Assembly: GCA_014728035.1 (NCBI GenBank)
Contig: WJMJ01000021.1
Location: forward strand, 1-10,095
Source: Promethearchaeota archaeon
GTDB taxonomy: Archaea; Asgardarchaeota; Thorarchaeia; Thorarchaeales; Thorarchaeaceae
Length of the DNA stretch: 10,095 nucleotides
Reading direction: 5' to 3'
Shown here: in pieces, positions 1 through 6,095 of the stretch
Layout of the letters: each line of letters starts with the position of its first letter
How positions within the stretch are numbered: the stretch's first letter is position 1
The notes under the pieces: generated by a model
The model's input: the letters and a program-made list of their open reading frames with translations, nothing else
The model's database searches: none
Told to the model about the DNA's origin: nothing
Position numbers and translations under genes: made by a program

Positions 1-112
1 AAGCAAGTTCTGAAATCTGTCATTCCCAAGGGTCATTCCTTGACTTCAGAAGCAAGTTCTGAAATCTGTCATTCCCAAGGGTCATTCCTTGACTTCAGAA
101 GCAAGTTCTGAA
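1..112. repeat. Perfect 49-bp tandem direct repeat (about 2.3 copies visible, probably truncated by the window start), each unit with palindromic cores
   Basis: The unit AAGCAAGTTCTGAAATCTGTCATTCCCAAGGGTCATTCCTTGACTTCAG occurs at 1-49 and 50-98, with a partial copy at 99-112. Inverted repeats are CAAGG-gtcatt-CCTTG and TTCAGAA-gcaag-TTCTGAA (across the unit junction). Confidence 0.95.
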
Positions 113-120
113 GTTACTGA

Positions 121-182
121 AAACCGAGCTTCGCCCGATGGGCGAACATGCCACTGGTCTTTGACCAGTGGTGGTAGGGTTT
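121..182. other. GC-rich double-hairpin element (REP-like or resembling an IS200/IS605 terminal hairpin)
   Basis: Perfect stems TTCGCCC-gat-GGGCGAA (130-146) and CCACTGGTC-ttt-GACCAGTGG (151-171), enclosed by AAACC (121-125) and GGTTT (178-182). The family assignment is a resemblance only. Confidence 0.6.
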
Positions 183-265
183 CGCTTGACGTTCTCCTAG
201 GGATTGTAAAAAAATGAATAGGATGCATTTTTCTATTTTGTTATTACTGTTGAATAAAAATAAAA

Positions 266-281
266 TAGAAACATTTAAATA
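266..281 (+). promoter_or_regulatory. Archaeal BRE/TATA promoter for the PEF-CTERM genes
   Basis: Purine-rich AGAAACA directly followed by TTTAAATA (274-281), about 85 nt before ATG 366. The same octamer lies before the two large genes. Confidence 0.65.
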
Positions 282-300
282 TTAATTGTTTTTTACAAGT

Positions 301-329
301 AGTAACTATAAGTAACTACGTTGTAGTTA
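301..329. promoter_or_regulatory. Putative transcription-factor operator (direct plus inverted repeat)
   Basis: AGTAACTA occurs twice with a 10-bp period (301-308, 311-318). A perfect palindrome TAACTAC-gtt-GTAGTTA (313-329) lies around or just after the expected transcription start. Confidence 0.5.
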
Positions 330-365
330 TAAATAATGATAGAAATAAAATATGGAGGCAAAAAA

Positions 366-866
366 ATGAAAAAAATTATAGGAATTTTGGCAATATTTTT
401 AATAAGTATTGTCAGTGCAGTTTCAACACCAGTATCCACTGATTCAGACATATTTCCTGGTGTGGTTGCCATGGAACCGAATGATTCAGTAGATGTCGAA
501 TACTGTGTTGTATACATTGATGAAAATGATGCAGAGACACCAGCAGTAGGACTGGATGTAGCAACAGATAAAATTTGCAAAGACCAGAATAGTATACCTG
601 GATGCCAGGCAGCAGACACTTCTTCACCAGCTGAGTTTTCTGTAACAGTTGTTGACAGTGTGACTGGTGCAGACGGCTGTGCAACATTGACTTTATCAAC
701 AACAAATGCTTACGGCGGAACATTTTATTATGAAGTAAATGGAGAAGTTGAAGGAGAAGCAATCACAGAAGAAACTGGTACAGCATACATTCCTGAGTTT
801 GGAGTGTTGGCATCATTAGCAGTTCTTGGACTTGCAGGATTGTTTGTTGCAAGAAAAAGGAAATAA
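366..866 (+). CDS. Secreted PEF-CTERM (PEFG-like) sorting-domain protein with a probable single Ig-like domain, 166 aa
   Basis: GGAGG (354-358) precedes ATG 366, which is preferred over 336. It has the signal peptide MKKIIGILAIFLISIVSA, an acidic body with 4 Cys and a Big_1-like TGADGCATLTL motif. The C-terminus is IPEFG + hydrophobic helix + RKRK, the tripartite archaeosortase target signal. Confidence 0.88.
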   Translation: MKKIIGILAIFLISIVSAVSTPVSTDSDIFPGVVAMEPNDSVDVEYCVVYIDENDAETPAVGLDVATDKICKDQNSIPGCQAADTSSPAEFSVTVVDSVTGADGCATLTLSTTNAYGGTFYYEVNGEVEGEAITEETGTAYIPEFGVLASLAVLGLAGLFVARKRK

Positions 867-868
867 TT

Positions 869-895
869 AATTTGAGATTTTTTTCTCAAATTTTT
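869..895 (+). terminator. Hairpin plus T-tract between the two PEF-CTERM genes (terminator or attenuator)
   Basis: AATTTGAGA (869-877) and TCTCAAATT (884-892) form a 9-bp stem with a T6 loop, running into T residues directly after stop 866. Confidence 0.55.
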
Positions 896-916
896 ATTAT
901 TAATGAGGAAATAGAA

Positions 917-1411
917 ATGAAAAAAGTAATTTTTTTAATTTCAGTTTTTGTATTATTAACTATATCTGTAGTTGCACCTGCTCCTGAAAATGACCAGGAT
1001 TGTCAAAATTTAGGATATGATGGTTATTGGACAGGACAGGGAGGAATTGATGCGGAATGCATTAAGGCTGGATACGATTTTGGAGTTGCTAAATGGGAAT
1101 ACAATGAAATAGATAAGATTTTTGAAAAAGAATCTGAAATTTCAGGATTTTCAACTTATGTGAACGGATCTGACAGTTATGCAGGTTGGACATCAAACCC
1201 AGGAATTTCCGGAGTTATCAGCAAAGAGGGAAAATGTTATCAGATTCTTTCAGGCGGAACAACAGGTTCGATAGAAAAATTATATTTCGGTATAAGCCAT
1301 GTTACGCTTTGCAAAGATACAGAGGAAGACATTCCTGAATTCAACGGTTTTTCAGCAGTTTTCTTATCAGTTGCAGCATTAGTATTTGTTGTATTCAGGA
1401 AGAGTAAATAG
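917..1411 (+). CDS. Secreted PEF-CTERM sorting-domain protein, 164 aa, function unknown
   Basis: GAGG (905-908) precedes ATG 917, which is preferred over 872. It has the signal peptide MKKVIFLISVFVLLTISVVA, 4 Cys, and the C-terminus DIPEFNG + hydrophobic helix + RKSK. Confidence 0.88.
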   Translation: MKKVIFLISVFVLLTISVVAPAPENDQDCQNLGYDGYWTGQGGIDAECIKAGYDFGVAKWEYNEIDKIFEKESEISGFSTYVNGSDSYAGWTSNPGISGVISKEGKCYQILSGGTTGSIEKLYFGISHVTLCKDTEEDIPEFNGFSAVFLSVAALVFVVFRKSK

Positions 1412-1447
1412 ATTTTTTTCTTATTTTTTAAAATGTAATATTTTTTT
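1412..1447 (+). terminator. Oligo-T archaeal-type terminator region
   Basis: T7, T6 and T7 tracts follow immediately after TAG 1411. Confidence 0.45.
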
Positions 1448-1464
1448 ACAACCAGGTAAAGACT

Positions 1465-1488
1465 ATAAAGGTTTAAATAATGTAACTA
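1465..1488 (+). promoter_or_regulatory. Archaeal BRE/TATA promoter for the vWA/Cys-repeat adhesin, with adjacent GTAACTA half-site
   Basis: ATAAAGG is followed by TTTAAATA (1472-1479) and then GTAACTA (1482-1488). Confidence 0.6.
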
Positions 1489-1637
1489 TTTTAATCATAA
1501 ATCACAGATATTTATTGTAGAGATTTTATCACAAAAAAGAGGGGGGAGGGTATCCAAGGAGATTAAATGTAGAAATATTACTTTTCAAAAATGTTTCAGA
1601 TACGTAGTTTAATATTAAATTAAGAGGGGTGTTTTAT

Positions 1638-4600
1638 ATGATAAAAAAGAGCAGTATATTATTTATTTTTGTTCTAATTATGCTAGCAGGTTTTGTATCT
1701 GCAGATGTTGTTTTTGAAGAAACATTTGGTTCAGGAACTGACTGGACAACAACTGTTCCTGGGTGGACCTTCAGTCAGGATGTGACCTCAGGAAGAGATG
1801 ATATCTTTTCAGAAACAGGAGGGAGCGACGGAAATAGATACGCATGGATTGCTGGAGATTCCGGTGATCAATATATTGAGAAAACAGTTTCTACATCAGG
1901 ATATCAGAACCTGGTACTTAGTTGTGATTACAATCTTATAGGAAGTTTTGGTACAAGTTCCGATTATATCGTTGTTGAATGGAAATTAACAACAGAATCA
2001 TCATATAATATATTGTTGAAAGCTTCTGGGGATCAGATAGGTTGGTCCCATATTGTGTTTATTCTTCCAAAAGCTGCACAAGACACTGAAATTGATATAA
2101 GGATAAGAGCAGATGATACTGAAGATGATGATTTTATTTTAGTAGATAACATTAAATTGACAGGGTCAGAAATTGCTGAATGCGGAGACGGTGATATTGA
2201 TAACGGAGAAGAATGCGATGACGGCAATTCTGATGATTTTGATGAATGCAAGAATGATTGCACTCTTCCTGAATGCGGTAATAATATTCTTGAAATAAAT
2301 GAAGAATGTGATGACGGTAATCTATTTAATGATGATACTTGTGATAATAACTGCTTTTCTGTATTACAGACAGACTGCCAAGGTCAGGCTGACGGAACTC
2401 TTTGTGATGATGATATATTTTGCAACGGGCCTGATGAATGCCAGGATGAAATCTGTGTAAATGTAGGTCCTGAAGTTGACTGTTCAGATGGAAATGATTG
2501 TACAGATGACATTTGTAATGAAGATGCTGATCAATGTGAAAATCCTGATTTGGGTGCTGGAACACAATGCGGTTTAGCAAGGGATTGTCCTGATGATCAA
2601 TGCAGCGGAGACTTTGCTGAATTTTATCCTGCAGACGGCCATGACACCTGTGATGGTAACGGAAACTGTGAAATTTATTCATGTAATTTAGAAACAACCT
2701 ATTGTACAGATGATGATACAGCTGATGGGATCAACACATTGAACTGCGGTGCAGAGTGTGATTCTGATTCTGATTGTGATGATGAAGATGCAAACACAGT
2801 TGATACATGTAATTTAGATACCTGCGGTTGTGTTTATACACCGACTGGACCAGAATGCGGAGATGGCAATATTGACTCCGGAGAGGAATGTGATGACGGA
2901 ACCGAAAACGGTGTATCCTGCTCTCCTGCTTATGACAGCTCATGTACTTATTGCTCAGACACATGCGTAGAAGTCACGCTTTTTGGAGGAACATGCGGTG
3001 ATGATACTATAGATACTCCTGATGAGGAATGTGAAAAAGATTCCGATTGCTCAACAGGTGAAGTATGCAGCAGCTGTGTTTGTGAAGCAGCACCTTCGGA
3101 GTGCGGAGACGGAAATATTGATTCCGGAGAAGAGTGCGACAATGGAATTGGTAATACAGATGTTCCTTGTGATCCCCCTTACGGCGGAAGCTGTGAATAT
3201 TGTGACAACACTTGCAATATACATACAGTTGACGGTCCTTACTGCAATGATGATACTGTAGATTCACCTGATGAGGAATGTGATGACGGGCTTTCAAACG
3301 GCGATCCTTGCACCCCGACATATGATTCGTCATGTGATTATTGTTCAGATATCTGTACAATAATAAATATAACGGGACCTTTTTGCGGGGATAATGTGCG
3401 TGATGCTTCCTATGAAGAATGTGACGGAGATGATTTTGATTCACAGGAATGTTCTGATTTTGGATTTGATTATGGAACACTTTCATGTACTGCCAGCTGT
3501 GTAATTGATACTTCAGACTGTATGAATTATGAATGCGGCGACGGAATACACAATCCAGGAGAAGAGTGTGATGATGGAAATAATGTGAATGAAGATTTTT
3601 GCAGAAATGACTGCACCCTTCCTTACTGCGGTGATAATATCATAGACTCCGGTGAAGAATGTGATGACGGCAACTTTGATAATTATGATGCTTGTCCGGA
3701 TTTTTGTGAGATTGCTGAATGCGGCGACGGATATGTGTATTTTGCGCAGGAAGAATGTGATGACAACAATCTTATCAATGGAGACGGTTGTGATGAAAAC
3801 TGTACTATTGAACAAGATGAATTATGCACCCAGCCCATTGATGTAATGTTTGTAATGGATAGATCCGGAACTATGAATCAATTAGAAGCTGGAATGACAC
3901 GGCTCCAAAGGGCAAAGCAGGCATCGATTACCTTTGTTAATATGATGAATTTTTCAAGAGACATCGGAGGTCTTGCATCATTTAATGAGACCGGAAGGCT
4001 GGATAATTCATTGACATCAGATAAAAATGATCTTGTTGCATCAATAAATTCATTGACTGCAGAGGGTCTTACAAATATCGGACAGGGCATTAAGGTGGGA
4101 CAGGAAGAATTAGCACTTAACGGAAGAGATACCAAAGTAATGATTCTTCTTTCAGACGGAGCACCAAATGCAATGACATTAGACAACGGGTCAATAAGAT
4201 ACTGTTTTGTCACCCCGGAGAACCATACAAATTGTACTTTGTTTGCAATGGAACAGGCAGAAGAGGCCAAAGCAGCAGGCATTGAACTTTTCACAATCGG
4301 GCTTGGTGTAAGACCATTCACAGACAGCCTGCTGCGGAATATGTCGTCAGGAGCTGATGATCATTACTTTTCAGCACCAACGTCTGAGGAATTAAGACAA
4401 ATCTATCTGCAGATTGCAGAGATACTCTGTCCATGCGGAAATGGTGTTTATGAACCTGATCTTGGCGAAGAGTGTGATGACGGGAATGATAATAATTATG
4501 ACAGCTGTACAAATGACTGCAGGAATGCGGTATGCGGTGATGGTTATCTTTTCTATAGTGATGGAGAAGAATGTGAACCACCTGAAACTACAGATAATCA

Positions 4601-5936
4601 TGACTGCATCCAGACTCAATTTGAATGCCTTGGTGCTAAAGCAGGAATAAGAGACAGTTACGGTGATTGTGATGAAGAATGCGGCTGTATCTATGATAAT
4701 TTTGAGTATCAATGTATTGAAGGTGAATGCGGTGGAGAATGTGATTCAGATGATGACTGCGATGATTTTGATCCTGAGACAGAAGATTTCTGCAATCTAG
4801 AAACCTGCAGCTGTGAATATTCATATTGCGGAGACGGGGTTGTTGATTTTGATGAAGAGTGCGATGACGCTAATGAAAATGAAGATGATTATTGCAGCAA
4901 TGACTGTACATTGACATACTGCGGAGACAATATAATCCAAAGACCAAACGGTGTTGGAGAAGATGGTCCGCTTGATGACGGGTACGAAGAATGTGATGAC
5001 GGAAATGACGGAGATAATACAGATGAATGCCTTGAAAATTGTATTCTTCCTGAGTGCGGTGACGGCTATATCTGGGAAGGAGAAGAAGAATGCGAATCAG
5101 ATTCAGATTGTCCGGAAAATCAATGTGAAGTGACATATGAGGATTATTGTTTGGGAAATAAATTAGCAGATTACAATAACAATCATATCATGGACAATCT
5201 GATTGTCTCAGACACATGCGATAATACATGCGAAAACTGTGATTGCACTGACTGTGCAACTGACTGTTCTGCAGAACCGGATCTATATTGTGCATACGGT
5301 TACTGTAATGCGCAATGTGATTCAAATGATGACTGTAATGACGGATTAGGGATGACTATTGATACATGTGATATTGATAATTGTATCTGTGATTATGATT
5401 ACATGGATCTGATAGAAAAAGATAGCAAAGTAGCAAAGGCTATGCCGACATCAAATTTCGGTAAAGGCAGATATTCAATTGTAAATCCCAAAGAAAGAGC
5501 AATGGACAGGACATATCTGAGAGTTGATGCAACACCATTGATGGGACAGAGTTTTTCAGAAGTATTGCTGAAACTTGCTGTATTCTATTCCGGAGCAAAT
5601 GTAGTAGGTGAGAATGTTGTTGCATATTATTGTCCTGAACATGATTTTGATGAGGATACAATTAATTGGGTAAACCAGCCGATTGACAAAGACTGTATCA
5701 AAGCAGACACATATACAGTAGCAAACACAGTGACTGCAGGAACACCGGAAACATGGCATGAGTTTGACATAACAACAGAAACAAACAATGAATTGACTTC
5801 AGGAGATGGATTATTTACAATTGTACTAGTTTCAGATCTTGAAGACACAGGGATAACAGACAACAGTTATTTCATCCAGTATCTGACAAGAGATTATGAT
5901 GAAGATGAGTATGAACCAACAATAGAGATGACATAA
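1638..5936 (+). CDS. Large secreted acidic Cys-rich adhesin: N-terminal beta-sandwich, DUF4215/Myxococcus Cys-rich repeats, vWA domain, C-terminal CBM96/DNRLRE-like domain (1432 aa)
   Basis: GAGGGGTG (1624-1631) precedes ATG 1638. It has the signal peptide MIKKSSILFIFVLIMLAGFVSA and about 15 CG[D/N]x(5-8)EECDDGN-type repeats. The vWA motifs are DVMFVMDRSGTM, GLTNIGQGI, MILLSDGAPN and LFTIGLG (about 3834-4427). The C-terminal motifs KDSKVAKAMPTSNFG...RTYLRVD...DEDTINWVNQP...WHEFDIT are typical of CBM96/DNRLRE domains. There is no C-terminal TM helix. Confidence 0.9.
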   Translation: MIKKSSILFIFVLIMLAGFVSADVVFEETFGSGTDWTTTVPGWTFSQDVTSGRDDIFSETGGSDGNRYAWIAGDSGDQYIEKTVSTSGYQNLVLSCDYNLIGSFGTSSDYIVVEWKLTTESSYNILLKASGDQIGWSHIVFILPKAAQDTEIDIRIRADDTEDDDFILVDNIKLTGSEIAECGDGDIDNGEECDDGNSDDFDECKNDCTLPECGNNILEINEECDDGNLFNDDTCDNNCFSVLQTDCQGQADGTLCDDDIFCNGPDECQDEICVNVGPEVDCSDGNDCTDDICNEDADQCENPDLGAGTQCGLARDCPDDQCSGDFAEFYPADGHDTCDGNGNCEIYSCNLETTYCTDDDTADGINTLNCGAECDSDSDCDDEDANTVDTCNLDTCGCVYTPTGPECGDGNIDSGEECDDGTENGVSCSPAYDSSCTYCSDTCVEVTLFGGTCGDDTIDTPDEECEKDSDCSTGEVCSSCVCEAAPSECGDGNIDSGEECDNGIGNTDVPCDPPYGGSCEYCDNTCNIHTVDGPYCNDDTVDSPDEECDDGLSNGDPCTPTYDSSCDYCSDICTIINITGPFCGDNVRDASYEECDGDDFDSQECSDFGFDYGTLSCTASCVIDTSDCMNYECGDGIHNPGEECDDGNNVNEDFCRNDCTLPYCGDNIIDSGEECDDGNFDNYDACPDFCEIAECGDGYVYFAQEECDDNNLINGDGCDENCTIEQDELCTQPIDVMFVMDRSGTMNQLEAGMTRLQRAKQASITFVNMMNFSRDIGGLASFNETGRLDNSLTSDKNDLVASINSLTAEGLTNIGQGIKVGQEELALNGRDTKVMILLSDGAPNAMTLDNGSIRYCFVTPENHTNCTLFAMEQAEEAKAAGIELFTIGLGVRPFTDSLLRNMSSGADDHYFSAPTSEELRQIYLQIAEILCPCGNGVYEPDLGEECDDGNDNNYDSCTNDCRNAVCGDGYLFYSDGEECEPPETTDNHDCIQTQFECLGAKAGIRDSYGDCDEECGCIYDNFEYQCIEGECGGECDSDDDCDDFDPETEDFCNLETCSCEYSYCGDGVVDFDEECDDANENEDDYCSNDCTLTYCGDNIIQRPNGVGEDGPLDDGYEECDDGNDGDNTDECLENCILPECGDGYIWEGEEECESDSDCPENQCEVTYEDYCLGNKLADYNNNHIMDNLIVSDTCDNTCENCDCTDCATDCSAEPDLYCAYGYCNAQCDSNDDCNDGLGMTIDTCDIDNCICDYDYMDLIEKDSKVAKAMPTSNFGKGRYSIVNPKERAMDRTYLRVDATPLMGQSFSEVLLKLAVFYSGANVVGENVVAYYCPEHDFDEDTINWVNQPIDKDCIKADTYTVANTVTAGTPETWHEFDITTETNNELTSGDGLFTIVLVSDLEDTGITDNSYFIQYLTRDYDEDEYEPTIEMT
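2178..5400 (+). repeat. Intragenic protein repeats: DUF4215-like units plus CxxxCDSxxDCxD...DxC modules
   Basis: Ten CGD..EEC units precede the vWA domain and five follow it. ECGDGNIDSGEECD occurs twice (about 2854 and 3099). Three related modules are CGAECDSDSDC...CNLDTCGCVY, CGGECDSDDDC...CNLETCSCEY and CNAQCDSNDDC...CDIDNCICDY. Confidence 0.88.
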
Positions 5937-5952
5937 AGTGAAAGTTTAATCA

Positions 5953-5968
5953 CCATAATATTTAAATA
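5953..5968 (+). promoter_or_regulatory. Archaeal BRE/TATA promoter for the Ig-repeat gene
   Basis: CCATAATA is followed by TTTAAATA (5961-5968), about 130 nt upstream of ATG 6096. A GTAGTTA half-site lies at 5999-6005. Confidence 0.55.
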
Positions 5969-6095
5969 TAAGTTATCATTTTTGAATAGATACTTGAAGT
6001 AGTTATTCAGTAATGAAAAATAGTGAAGATTAGTAACAGAGATTACAAAAAAGAGGAGGGGTGATTAATTTGATAAATAATACGGAGGGGAAAGA

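Noticed and set aside
1-112. CRISPR array interpretation of the 49-bp repeat
   Set aside because: The units are identical head-to-tail with no unique spacers, and there are no cas genes in the window.
121-182. tRNA
   Set aside because: It has only two arms with 3-nt loops, no T-loop/D-loop consensus and no 7-bp acceptor stem.
336-1637. ORF-track starts at 336, 872 and 1629
   Set aside because: The downstream ATGs (366, 917, 1638) have properly spaced SD motifs and begin directly with signal peptides. The 872 start lies in a terminator-like hairpin.
2851-3150. Diversity-generating retroelement TR/VR pair suggested by near-duplicate DNA (about 2854-2900 vs 3099-3146)
   Set aside because: The differences are mostly synonymous third-position changes and are not adenine-specific. 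Both copies are in-frame protein repeats, and no reverse transcriptase is present.
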